DNA of 40,380 bases from Acidimicrobiia bacterium (GTDB lineage Bacteria; Actinomycetota; Acidimicrobiia; Acidimicrobiales; CAIXPF01): contig JANPEN010000088.1 in the NCBI GenBank assembly GCA_031422955.1, positions 1 through 40,380 of the forward strand, given 5' to 3'. Shown one piece after another: positions 25,978 to 34,470 of this stretch. Positions within the stretch are counted from its first letter, which is position 1; each line of letters opens with the position of its first letter. The notes under the pieces were generated by a model. That model worked only from the letters and a program-made list of their open reading frames with translations, had not been told where the DNA came from and made no database searches. The position numbers were made by a program, and so were the translations under genes.

Positions 25978-26538
25978 GTGACCGTGTTGCTAGCCTTTTC
26001 GGGGATGCGTTCGGTGACCCGGAGCGATGATGACAAGGCGTTCGATCGCCTCGTCCAACGTGGCGCCCTCTACGACTACGAGTTGGGGGATCGCTACGTC
26101 GTGGCACCCGCCGCAGCCCGGGCCCACGCAGCCCTGCAAGCCGAGATCATCGCGATTTTGCGATCAAAATTCAGCGGTGGCCAAGTGACGGCGCCGACCA
26201 ACCTCGGGGTGCTCGGCCGGAAAGCCCGACGCTGGTATGTGGTGCCCGACGTCGTGGTGTTTCCCGGTCCGTCAACGGGAGGCGAGCGGGCTTCGCTGCA
26301 CGCGGTGTTGGCCATCGAGATCCGCTCGCCCGACGAAGACGCGGCCAAGAAGCTGGCCGACTATCGCACCGTCTTCGAGCGCAGTGGCCTCGTGGTCGAG
26401 GAGGTCTGGTACGTCCAGGGCACCGAGGTCACGGTGCACCCGGGAGCGGCGGCCGTACCTGGTGACAGTACCCATGCTGCGGCCCTCGAGGCGGTTCGGC
26501 GCGCGGTGATCGAGTTCGCCGCTGAGGGTTCGGGCTAA
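25978..26538 (+). CDS. Uma2-family (DUF820) PD-(D/E)xK putative endonuclease
   Basis: YELGDRYVVAPAAARAH...EIIAIL, WYVVPDVVVFPG and LAIEIRSPDEDAAKKLADY...EVWYV follow the Uma2 D...E-x-K pattern. GTG start. Confidence 0.7.
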   Translation: MTVLLAFSGMRSVTRSDDDKAFDRLVQRGALYDYELGDRYVVAPAAARAHAALQAEIIAILRSKFSGGQVTAPTNLGVLGRKARRWYVVPDVVVFPGPSTGGERASLHAVLAIEIRSPDEDAAKKLADYRTVFERSGLVVEEVWYVQGTEVTVHPGAAAVPGDSTHAAALEAVRRAVIEFAAEGSG

Positions 26539-26651
26539 CCGACAGCTGTTTCGGCCCTGTTAGCGCCACGGCCCACGTCGATGGTGGAAAGCTCCAGTTC
26601 CTCGAAATGTGATTGGCCGTCGCCGCCGGTGTAGATACGGGTGATTCTCAT
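26535..26651 (-). pseudogene. 38-codon ORF resembling the N-terminus of small cupin-like proteins (truncated remnant?)
   Basis: The minus strand gives MRITRIYTGGDGQSHFEELELSTIDVGRGANRAETAVG*, starting 20 nt after the SDR stop. The MRITRIYTG-DG-SHFE-LE opening is familiar from ~120-aa cupin-type proteins, but here it ends where the Uma2 gene ends. It is below the ORF-track length cut-off. Confidence 0.3.
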
Positions 26652-26671
26652 GATGCTGTCCCGGCTCCGGC

Positions 26672-27520
26672 TCAGGCCTTGGTAAGGGAACCGTCTTCGA
26701 GCATGGCGTCCACCTGGCGGGTGAGCAGCTTGGCCATGCGGGGGTGGGTGAGCACCCAGAACGTGTCGCGCTGCACCGCGTCGAGCACCAGGTGGCCGAC
26801 CTCGTCGGGATCCATACCCTGCTCCAGCATGGACTGGATGTTGGCCCCGGCCCGGCTGGCAGGAGCGCTCCCCTCAGCGTCGGCCTGGCGGGGAGGGCGG
26901 GCGTCAGGCTTGGGTGGGCGATACTCCACGGAATGGCGGCTGATGTTGGTGTTGATCGGCCCCGGGCACAGCAGCGACGCCCGCACCGGGCTCTTGCGGC
27001 CCCGCAGGTCGCGCTCCAAGGTGGTCATAAGGGCGGTGACCCCGTGCTTGGCCACGTTGTAGGCGCCCATCATCCCGCCCGCCACCAGCCCCGCCAGCGA
27101 TGAGGTGGCGTTGATGTGACCCTCGCCCTGGGCCTCCATCAACGGCAGGAACACCTTCACCCCGTAGATCGGACCCCACAGATCAACGTCGATCATCCAA
27201 CGCCAGTCATCGAGGTTCAGCTTGTGAGTGGGGGTGGGGATACCGATGCCGGCGTTACTGCACAGCACGTGCACTGCACCAAACCGGTCGATGGTGGCCT
27301 GGGCCAAGGCCTCGATCTCCTCCAGCTTGGACACGTCGACCTTGCGGGTGAACACCTGGGCACCGTCCGCCGACAGCTCAGCCGCGGTGCTCGCCAGCAT
27401 CTGCTCGTCGAGATCGGCCAGCATCACCGACATGCCCGCTCCGGCGAAGGCCCGGGCCATACCCCGCCCGATCCCGCTCGCTCCCCCGGTAACCACCGCG
27501 ACCTTGCCCTGCGTGTCCAT
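26672..27520 (-). CDS. SDR-family NAD(P)-dependent oxidoreductase
   Basis: VAVVTGGASGIGRG, NAGIG and the Y-xxx-K motif in GAYNVAKHGV. Confidence 0.9.
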   Translation of the reverse strand: MDTQGKVAVVTGGASGIGRGMARAFAGAGMSVMLADLDEQMLASTAAELSADGAQVFTRKVDVSKLEEIEALAQATIDRFGAVHVLCSNAGIGIPTPTHKLNLDDWRWMIDVDLWGPIYGVKVFLPLMEAQGEGHINATSSLAGLVAGGMMGAYNVAKHGVTALMTTLERDLRGRKSPVRASLLCPGPINTNISRHSVEYRPPKPDARPPRQADAEGSAPASRAGANIQSMLEQGMDPDEVGHLVLDAVQRDTFWVLTHPRMAKLLTRQVDAMLEDGSLTKA

Positions 27521-27603
27521 GGCCCGGAGCGTAGCGGCCGGCAGGTCCAGCCGTCCTCAAGCGATGTCGCCCCCAACTACGGGCCGGGTGCCCGTACCCG
27601 CCC

Positions 27604-29265
27604 TCACCCCAGCAGGACCACGCCGCGGTTGCCGTCCACCGTGATCGTCATACCATCTCGGATGGTACGGGTGCCGGTCTGGGTGCCGACCACGGCGGGC
27701 AGGCCGAACTCTCGGGCCACGATGGCGCAATGGCTCATGACCCCGCCGGTGTCGGACACCACTGCGGCGGCCAGGGCGAACAACGGCACCCACGGAGGCA
27801 GGGTCATCTCGCAGACCATGATGTCGCCCTCGCTGAGCTTGGACGCCTCGGCCAGGCTGCGCACCACTCTGGCGGTCCCGGTGACCACCCCCGGGGAAGC
27901 GGCCAGGCCACTCAGAATGTCCGGGTCCTCAGGCCCTTCAGCGGGTGGCCGCCGCCCGGCTAGGCGTACGGCGATGGCCTCGTAGAGGGGGTCGATCGGG
28001 CCTGGCGAGGGCGGGGGTGGCGTGCCCAGGACGCGTGGCGCGTCGGCCTGGGCAGCGGCCTGCACGCTGCGGCGGCGGGCCTGAGACGCACCCCGCCAGT
28101 CCCCGCCGTGGGACAGCGCCAGGTCGACCTCCTCCCGCAACAGGAAGAATATGTCGGAGGGCTCAGCCAGGCAGCCGTCGAGCACCAGGCGTTCGCCGAC
28201 CTGTAAGAGGAAGCGCCGGAAGTTGACCACGCCGCTCTGATCGATCCAGAAGGCGTGGTCCTCGGTCAGCGGGAGGTTGTAACTAGCCGCCTCGTAATAC
28301 CGCTCGAAGGTGGCCAACGCCTTTGGGTCCACGGCCAGGCGGAAGCGAGCTGCGGCCAGCAATGCTTCACGACGGGCCACGGCGGCGTCGAAAGAGCGCG
28401 CCGGGTCGTGGTCATCGTCGAGGCCGATGTAGCCCCGCAGCGCGTCGAGGGGGATAGTGGGATCTTCCCGCCAGCTCACATCGGCTACGTCGTACACAGC
28501 GTCGCTACGCCAACCGAACTCATCGAGGTAGGTCTCGAAGGCGTGAAGGAACCGTCCGAATGCCACGGGGGCATCAGCCGCCCGCAATGCGGTCAAAACC
28601 CCGATGTTGTCCCTCTCGTCGAACAGCGGCTGTAGTGATGACTCCCGGCGGACCAGGCGGCTGAGCATCCACAGCTGGTGGCTGGTGTCAACTGATCGGG
28701 TCGCGAAACCCTGCAATAGCTGATAAGACTCGGTGCCGTCCTCTGGCTGGAAGCGCTCGTTGTAGTAATCGGAGAAACGGGCGCCGGCCACCACCGAGAA
28801 GTTAATCTTCCCATGAATGGTCCACTGATCGATCATGTGGAGCCGCTGGCGTTCGATCTCCTCGATCAACTCGGCGTTGCTCAGCTGTCGATAATCGGCG
28901 CGGCGATCGTGCATGACCCGCTCGATCAGCACTGGCTTCCACTCGTTCTCCCACCGGGGACCGACCTCGTCGAGGATCCGGTCTAGGTGCTGGTAGCGCT
29001 CGGCCCGGCGATCGAGCTCGGCGGGGTCCCGCAGGGGTCGCATGGCCGAGAACAGGTAGTGACCGACGGCCCTGGTGTGCATGACCAGCGGTGCACCATA
29101 GTCCTGGTGAGCCCGGTTGAAGCCGATGGCCATGGTATCGGTGATGAGCTGCACCGCCAACGGCGACAACGGCCGAGGAGCGTGGATGCGGTCCTGGGCC
29201 CAGAACCCCTCCACCGTGACATCGGGAAAGCCCAGCCCTTCCCTACCGGTCCGCGCCGCGGTCAT
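27604..29265 (-). CDS. PEP-utilising enzyme, mobile (swivel phospho-His) domain protein lacking an ATP-grasp domain
   Basis: 553 aa. The C-terminal ~90 aa (GVVTGTARVV...GDIMVCEMTLPPWVPLF...VVSDTGGVMSHCAIVAREFGLPAVVG) form the PEP_mobile domain with its catalytic His. The preceding ~440 aa contain no ATP-grasp (PPDK_N) motifs that I can recognise. Confidence 0.8.
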   Translation of the reverse strand: MTAARTGREGLGFPDVTVEGFWAQDRIHAPRPLSPLAVQLITDTMAIGFNRAHQDYGAPLVMHTRAVGHYLFSAMRPLRDPAELDRRAERYQHLDRILDEVGPRWENEWKPVLIERVMHDRRADYRQLSNAELIEEIERQRLHMIDQWTIHGKINFSVVAGARFSDYYNERFQPEDGTESYQLLQGFATRSVDTSHQLWMLSRLVRRESSLQPLFDERDNIGVLTALRAADAPVAFGRFLHAFETYLDEFGWRSDAVYDVADVSWREDPTIPLDALRGYIGLDDDHDPARSFDAAVARREALLAAARFRLAVDPKALATFERYYEAASYNLPLTEDHAFWIDQSGVVNFRRFLLQVGERLVLDGCLAEPSDIFFLLREEVDLALSHGGDWRGASQARRRSVQAAAQADAPRVLGTPPPPSPGPIDPLYEAIAVRLAGRRPPAEGPEDPDILSGLAASPGVVTGTARVVRSLAEASKLSEGDIMVCEMTLPPWVPLFALAAAVVSDTGGVMSHCAIVAREFGLPAVVGTQTGTRTIRDGMTITVDGNRGVVLLG

Positions 29266-29274
29266 CGACGGACC

Positions 29275-29811
29275 CTAGCGAGTCGCTGGGCGGTTGCGCC
29301 GGCCTTCGAGAACGATGGGCTCGGCCACGGCAACCCGGGCGGCGGCATCGAGCACCTTACCGAGCAGCTTGAGTAACGTGGCTTGCTCGGCCCGGCTGAG
29401 CTCCCCGAGGACGGCCTGTTCCAACTTCCGGATGCCCGGCAGGAATCGGTCGGTGATGGCTCGGCCTTCATCGGTGATCTCGATGAGTAGGCTGCGCCGA
29501 TCGCCGGGGTTGGGCACCCGCCGCACCCACCCCCGGTACTCCAAAGCATCGAGCGTCGCAGTCATGGTGGCGGAGGAGGAGAACGTTCTTTCACCGATCT
29601 GGCTCGGGGTGAGCGGCGCCTCCGCTCCCTCGATAACCGCCAAACTGTTGAGCACGTTCTGCGGCACGCCGAAGGTTGCGACCATCGACCGCTCGACCTC
29701 GTCGTAGAGACATTGACCGGCGCGAATGGTGGTGGCGTAGACCTCGGCGGCAGCGGGGTTTCCGTCGGGGTACTCATCGACGAAATCCGAGCCGACGCGC
29801 ACGACGCCCAT
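29275..29811 (-). CDS. MarR-family transcriptional regulator
   Basis: ATG 29811. LNSLAVIEGAEAPLTPSQIGERTFSSSATMTATLDALEYRGWVRRVPNPGDRRSLLIEITDEG is a winged-HTH with the DRR wing. The stop lies 9 nt before the PEP-utilising gene start. Confidence 0.85.
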   Translation of the reverse strand: MGVVRVGSDFVDEYPDGNPAAAEVYATTIRAGQCLYDEVERSMVATFGVPQNVLNSLAVIEGAEAPLTPSQIGERTFSSSATMTATLDALEYRGWVRRVPNPGDRRSLLIEITDEGRAITDRFLPGIRKLEQAVLGELSRAEQATLLKLLGKVLDAAARVAVAEPIVLEGRRNRPATR

Positions 29812-29863
29812 CGACGCTCTAGACGACGATATCGATCTCGCCGAGCGTCGCGGGCGCCGTGGT

Positions 29864-30136
29864 TCAGACACTTTCGAAGATCTCGATTCGAGGAGGCGAG
29901 GTAACCCCGGCGCGCTGCATGGCGGCGGCGAAGGACGGATCCTGGGCAAAGGCACCGGCCTGCTCGACGGTGGGAAACTCGTGGGTGATGAACAGGTCGT
30001 TGGCATCTTCCGGTGAACGGAGCACCTGCTCGGCCAGGCACCCGTGTTGCGAACGGATGGTGCCAACCTCCTCGTACACGGCGCGCCAAGCGCTGTAGTC
30101 GGAAACGGAATGTCGGACGGCAAGGGTTGCGGTCAT
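29864..30136 (-). CDS. small dimeric alpha+beta-barrel (ABM/cyclase-like) protein
   Basis: AGGAG RBS followed by ATG 30136. The 90-aa protein is MTATLAVRHSVSDYSAWRAVYEE...LFITHEFPTVEQAGAFAQDP...PPRIEIFESV. Confidence 0.65.
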   Translation of the reverse strand: MTATLAVRHSVSDYSAWRAVYEEVGTIRSQHGCLAEQVLRSPEDANDLFITHEFPTVEQAGAFAQDPSFAAAMQRAGVTSPPRIEIFESV

Positions 30137-30302
30137 GGCTGTTGTGCTCCTGTCTCCCCGGGAGCGTAGTCGCTCCGGTCGGTGAAACCACCGTACCACT
30201 AGTTCACCTCCGTAGCACGTGTTTTATCTCCGAACTATCTAATCTAGCTCTGAAGGGACTCGGGGAAGCGTGGATCCGAGGGAGTCGGTAGGGTCCGGGG
30301 TC

Positions 30303-30986
30303 ATGGACTCCCGGTACGGCTTGCGCAGCAACGTGATCGGTACCACCGGCCGCGGTGACCGGCTGCTGCTGTTGATCCACGGGTACGGCGCCGACGAGTA
30401 CGACCTGGCCGGTCTGACCCCGATGCTGGACCCGACCGGGCGTTGCTTCACGGTGTGTCCCCGGGGCCCGATCGAGCTGGACTTCGGGGGTGCCGGTTGG
30501 TATCAGCGCTCCGAGGATGGCGTCATCGATCCCGCCAGCCTGGCCAGCTCGGTGGCGGCGCTCGACACGCTGGTGGACGAGTTGTGCCAGCAGCGCTCGA
30601 GCCCGCGGGGCCAGGCTGTGCTGATCGGCTTTTCCCAGGGTGGGGCCATGGCCCTGGCGGTGGCGCTGGGTCGCTCGGCGAGAGCCCGCCCGGCAGGGGT
30701 GGCGTGTCTTTCCGGCATGCTGCAGACGCCGGTCGGGATCAGCTACGTGTGGGACGACCCGGACTGGGCGCCCGCCGCCACCGCCACCTCGCCGCTGCCG
30801 TCGGTCTACGTACAACACGGCACCCACGACCCCATGGTCGGCATCGAGCGGGGGCGGCACACCCGGGCGGTGCTGGCAAGCCATGGCATCGAAGCCGAAT
30901 ACCACGAGTACCCGATGGGCCACGAGATCCGCCCCGAGTCCATCCTCGATCTGCGGGTGTGGCTGGATCGGGTGCTCAGCGGCTGA
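30303..30986 (+). CDS. phospholipase/carboxylesterase-family alpha/beta hydrolase
   Basis: LLLLIHGYGADEYDL, nucleophile elbow GFSQGGAMAL, and HGTHDPMV...H. The start may be GTG 30270 or ATG 30303. Confidence 0.8.
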   Translation: MDSRYGLRSNVIGTTGRGDRLLLLIHGYGADEYDLAGLTPMLDPTGRCFTVCPRGPIELDFGGAGWYQRSEDGVIDPASLASSVAALDTLVDELCQQRSSPRGQAVLIGFSQGGAMALAVALGRSARARPAGVACLSGMLQTPVGISYVWDDPDWAPAATATSPLPSVYVQHGTHDPMVGIERGRHTRAVLASHGIEAEYHEYPMGHEIRPESILDLRVWLDRVLSG

Positions 30987-31050
30987 TCCCAGCCGTTCGA
31001 TGGCCGCTGCGTGGGGTCAATGACAACGAAAAGCGATCAGAACCTTGCCA

Positions 31051-31173
31051 TTGTGCGGATCTGGGGCGGCCGTTGTGCGGATCTGGGGTTTCGGGCTCAG
31101 GGCCCGTTGGCGAATGTCCTGGTCATCGCCCTGGGGCCTGCCGGGATCGCCCGGCAAAACCCCAGATCCGCAC
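31051..31173. repeat. three copies of a 14-16-nt motif (two direct, one inverted) between convergent genes
   Basis: TTGTGCGGATCTGGGG occurs at 31051-31066 and 31073-31088. The reverse complement CCCCAGATCCGCAC occurs at 31160-31173. Confidence 0.8.
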
Positions 31174-31235
31174 GGCAGTCCCTGATCGGCCCAGAACTGA
31201 CCGCGGAGCGACCGAGACCACCACGCGCCGCGCGT

Positions 31236-32510
31236 TTACCGGCTGGTGCGTTCCTCGGTGCTCTCGACCAGCACGCCTCGGTCAGACAACTGCGCCACCG
31301 CATCGGGGTCCAGCCCCAACACGTCGGCGAGGACCGCGGCGTTGTCGGCTCCGAGATGGCTGACACCACTTCGTGGCCCGCAGTCGCTTTCGCTGATACG
31401 CAAGGCCGAACGATGCACCACCGCCGTTCCTGTACCGCACGGTATGTTGACGAAGGCGTCGCGATCCACCGCCCAGTCCGAGTTCAAGGTATCGGCCGGG
31501 CTGACCAGGCGGCCGATGGGTAGCCGGGCCCCTTCCGACAAGGTCTTTTCGAACACCTCGAAGCTGGTGAAGGTAGCCGCCCATTCCTCCAGGTACGCCA
31601 GGCAGAGATCGAAGTGCGCTGAGCGCGCCTGCATGGTGGCGAAGCGTTCGTCCTCCAACAACTCGATCCGGCCGGACAGGCGAGCGAAGCTGACGAACAC
31701 CGCGGTGGGCGAACCGGGAATAGCCACCCAGGTGCGCTCGGCATCACCGAGTTGGACCACGGCGGCCTTGGCCGGGCGGAAGGGGCTGCGCTCGTAGTCA
31801 GGCCCGCCGTTGATCTCCACCGTGGTCCATTCGTTCTGGGCGACCATCGCTTCGCACATGGAGGCGTCGACGTGGGCACCCTGACCGGTGCGTTCCCTGC
31901 GCCACAGCGCGGCCAGCACCCCGTGGGCTCCGGCCATGCCGGCGGCGATATCGGCATGGGACACCGGCTCGGGCTTGGGCTCCGTCTCCCACTCGCGGGC
32001 CTTGAACTGCAACAGACCCACCTCGGCATGCACCACCGGGGCGTAGGCCCGGCGCTGGGCGGCGCGGCCGTGCTGGCCGTAACCGGATACCGAGCAGTAG
32101 ACGATGTCGGCCTTGCGGGCCCGTATCTGTTCGAAACCAATGCCCAACCGGTCCGCTACCCCAGGCCGGAAGTTCTCCACCACCACGTCACAGCGTTCGG
32201 CCAACTGCAGGGCCAACTCGACCCCCTCGCCCAGGCGCAGGTCGAGGGACATGAACCGTTTGCCGGCGTTCTGGCCGGCGAACAGGACCGAGATGTCGCC
32301 TCGGCGGGGCCATCCCGTGCGCAGCAGATCACCCTCGGGGGGTTCGATCTTGATCACCTCCGCCCCCAGATCGGCGAGGACCCGGGTCAGGCAGGGGCCG
32401 GCCACCACCCGGGTGAAATCCAGCACTCGCAGACCGTCGAGAATCCCGGGACCGATGTCGAGTGTCGCTGCCACCGCGGCGACGGTAGCCGGCCCGCTAC
32501 CGTCGCCCAC
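31236..32510 (-). CDS. CoA-transferase family III (CaiB/BaiF) protein
   Basis: LDGLRVLDFTRVVAGPCLTRVLADLGAEVIKIEPPEGD and SGYGQHG are present. The start is either GTG 32510 or GTG 32474. Confidence 0.85.
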   Translation of the reverse strand: MGDGSGPATVAAVAATLDIGPGILDGLRVLDFTRVVAGPCLTRVLADLGAEVIKIEPPEGDLLRTGWPRRGDISVLFAGQNAGKRFMSLDLRLGEGVELALQLAERCDVVVENFRPGVADRLGIGFEQIRARKADIVYCSVSGYGQHGRAAQRRAYAPVVHAEVGLLQFKAREWETEPKPEPVSHADIAAGMAGAHGVLAALWRRERTGQGAHVDASMCEAMVAQNEWTTVEINGGPDYERSPFRPAKAAVVQLGDAERTWVAIPGSPTAVFVSFARLSGRIELLEDERFATMQARSAHFDLCLAYLEEWAATFTSFEVFEKTLSEGARLPIGRLVSPADTLNSDWAVDRDAFVNIPCGTGTAVVHRSALRISESDCGPRSGVSHLGADNAAVLADVLGLDPDAVAQLSDRGVLVESTEERTSR

Positions 32511-32511
32511 G

Positions 32512-33495
32512 ATGAACCCACCTCAGGGCGATGCGTCCGCCGGCCACACCCCCGACCCTGACACGACCAGGCCGAGGACGGCGGCCGGGGACTCGGAACG
32601 AATCGACGCCGAATCGGCGGGCGACCGTACCGCGCGGTACTGGGGTCGGCATGACCTGACCCGAACGGTGCTCGATGCGCTGGCCGCGGCGGGCAAGGAC
32701 CTCGACCTTCTGAGCGTGGATGACCTGGCCGCCACCGACCAATTCCACGGCGGTGGCCGGCCCGCCACCCTGCGCCTGGCCGAGCTGGCCGGCCTGGCCG
32801 GTCGAGCCGACATCGCCGAGCTGGCCGGCGAGTCCGGCCCGAACGAACCCGGCGGGGACGGTCCCGAACCCGGCGGGGGGCGGCGGGTGCTGGATGTGGG
32901 CGGGGGGCTGGGCGGCCCGGCTCGGGTCTTGGCCGATCGTTTCGGCTGCCTGGTTACCGTCATCGACCTGACCCCCTCCTACGTCCTCACCGCCCAGGTG
33001 CTCACCGATTTGGTCGGCCTGGCTGATCGGGTCACCCACCAGGTGGGCGACGCCCTGGACCTGCCCTTCGCCGATGAATCCTTCGACCTGGTGTGGACCC
33101 AGAACAGCGGTATGAACATCGCCGACAAGGAGCGCCTCTACCAGGGCTTTTACCGGGTGCTTCGGGCCGGAGGCACGTTGGCCTTCCAGGAGCCCATGGC
33201 CGGAGCGGCCTCCCCGCCCCACTTTCCGCTCATGTGGGCGGCGGAGGCGGACCTCAGTTTCCTTTGGGCTCCTTCGGCTATCCGCACGCTGCTGGCCGGC
33301 ATCGGTTTCGAGGAACGAACCTGGGAGTTGGTCTCCGAGGCGGTCTCCAGCGCGGTAACGCCCAACCCGCCCCCCCATGCCGTGCAGCGCATCATCATGG
33401 GCGACGAGCACCTGGCCGCCATCGCAAAGACCACCCGACGCAACCTCAATGAGGACCGCATCGCCACCGTGCATGGCGTGTTCACCAAACGCTGA
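32512..33495 (+). CDS. class I SAM-dependent methyltransferase
   Basis: RVLDVGGGLGGPARVLA (motif I), DESFDLVW and VLRAGGTLAF. The N-terminal boundary is uncertain: ATG 32512 abuts the divergent CoA-transferase start, and the ORF-track start at 32104 lies inside that gene. Confidence 0.7.
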   Translation: MNPPQGDASAGHTPDPDTTRPRTAAGDSERIDAESAGDRTARYWGRHDLTRTVLDALAAAGKDLDLLSVDDLAATDQFHGGGRPATLRLAELAGLAGRADIAELAGESGPNEPGGDGPEPGGGRRVLDVGGGLGGPARVLADRFGCLVTVIDLTPSYVLTAQVLTDLVGLADRVTHQVGDALDLPFADESFDLVWTQNSGMNIADKERLYQGFYRVLRAGGTLAFQEPMAGAASPPHFPLMWAAEADLSFLWAPSAIRTLLAGIGFEERTWELVSEAVSSAVTPNPPPHAVQRIIMGDEHLAAIAKTTRRNLNEDRIATVHGVFTKR

Positions 33496-33574
33496 TGGCG
33501 CCGTCGCGCTACCGTCCGAACGCGCCCCGCAAACCCGCCAGGCTGCCAGCCTGCCCATCTCAGGAGTCCACGCC

Positions 33575-34441
33575 ATGAAAATCGGATTGTTCACACCATT
33601 GCGCTCACCGGTGGCCACCCCTGAGTTCCTCAGTGAGCTGGGCCGCCAATGCGAGGCCCGGGGGGTGGCGTCGTTGTGGTTGGGCGAGCATGTGGTCACC
33701 TTCCCCGACTACGAGTCCCGCTATCCCGGCTCCCACGACGGGGTGTTCCGTTTCCCGGCCGGTTCGGGGCTGTTGGACATGGTTGCCTCCATCGGCTTCC
33801 TGGCCGCCTGCACCACCACCCTGCGCCTGGGCACCGGCATCTGCATCCTGCCCCAGAACAACCCCGTCTACGCGGCCAAGGAATACGCCACCTTGGACTT
33901 CCTCTCCAACGGCCGGCTCGACTTCGGGGTGGGCGTGGGCTGGAGCTGGGAGGAGTTCGCCGCCTGCGGCGTCCCCTTCGAAGAGCGGGGGGCTCGCTGC
34001 GACGAATACCTGGAGATCATCCGGCGGCTGTGGTGCGACGAGGTCAGCTCCTTCGAGGGCCGCTTCTACACGTTGGCCCCCTGCCACCTCTACCCCAAGC
34101 CCGTGCAGCAGCCCATGGTTCCCATCACCATCGGCGGCCACTCCAAAGCGGCCCTGAAACGTGCGGCCCGGGTGGGCGCCGGCTGGTACGGCATCAACCT
34201 CAGCCCGGCCGAAACGGTCACCGTGCTCGCCGACTTGCGTGGCTACCTCGAGGCGGAGGGCCGCAGCCTGGAGGGCTTCAAGATCATCATGGGCGCCACC
34301 AACGATTCCATCGCCCCGGAACTGGTCGACCAGTACGCGGAGGCCGGGGTGACGGAACTGCTCATCCCGTTCCTGCGCCAGGGCAGCAAGCATCTTGAAG
34401 CCAACCTGGACAAGCTCACCCCTTACCTCGAGGCGGTCTGA
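33575..34441 (+). CDS. LLM-class F420-dependent oxidoreductase
   Basis: AGGAG RBS followed by ATG 33575. MKIGLFTPL...LWLGEHVV...GTGICILPQNNP...RLDFGVGVGW...TIGGHS. Confidence 0.85.
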   Translation: MKIGLFTPLRSPVATPEFLSELGRQCEARGVASLWLGEHVVTFPDYESRYPGSHDGVFRFPAGSGLLDMVASIGFLAACTTTLRLGTGICILPQNNPVYAAKEYATLDFLSNGRLDFGVGVGWSWEEFAACGVPFEERGARCDEYLEIIRRLWCDEVSSFEGRFYTLAPCHLYPKPVQQPMVPITIGGHSKAALKRAARVGAGWYGINLSPAETVTVLADLRGYLEAEGRSLEGFKIIMGATNDSIAPELVDQYAEAGVTELLIPFLRQGSKHLEANLDKLTPYLEAV

Positions 34442-34470
34442 GCGACGGCGTTGGCGGGTCCCGGCGCCGC

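Noticed and set aside
31051-31088. CRISPR-like array, considered here and at 39214-39249.
   Set aside because: There are only two or three very short repeats (12-16 nt), with spacing far below CRISPR dimensions and no cas genes.
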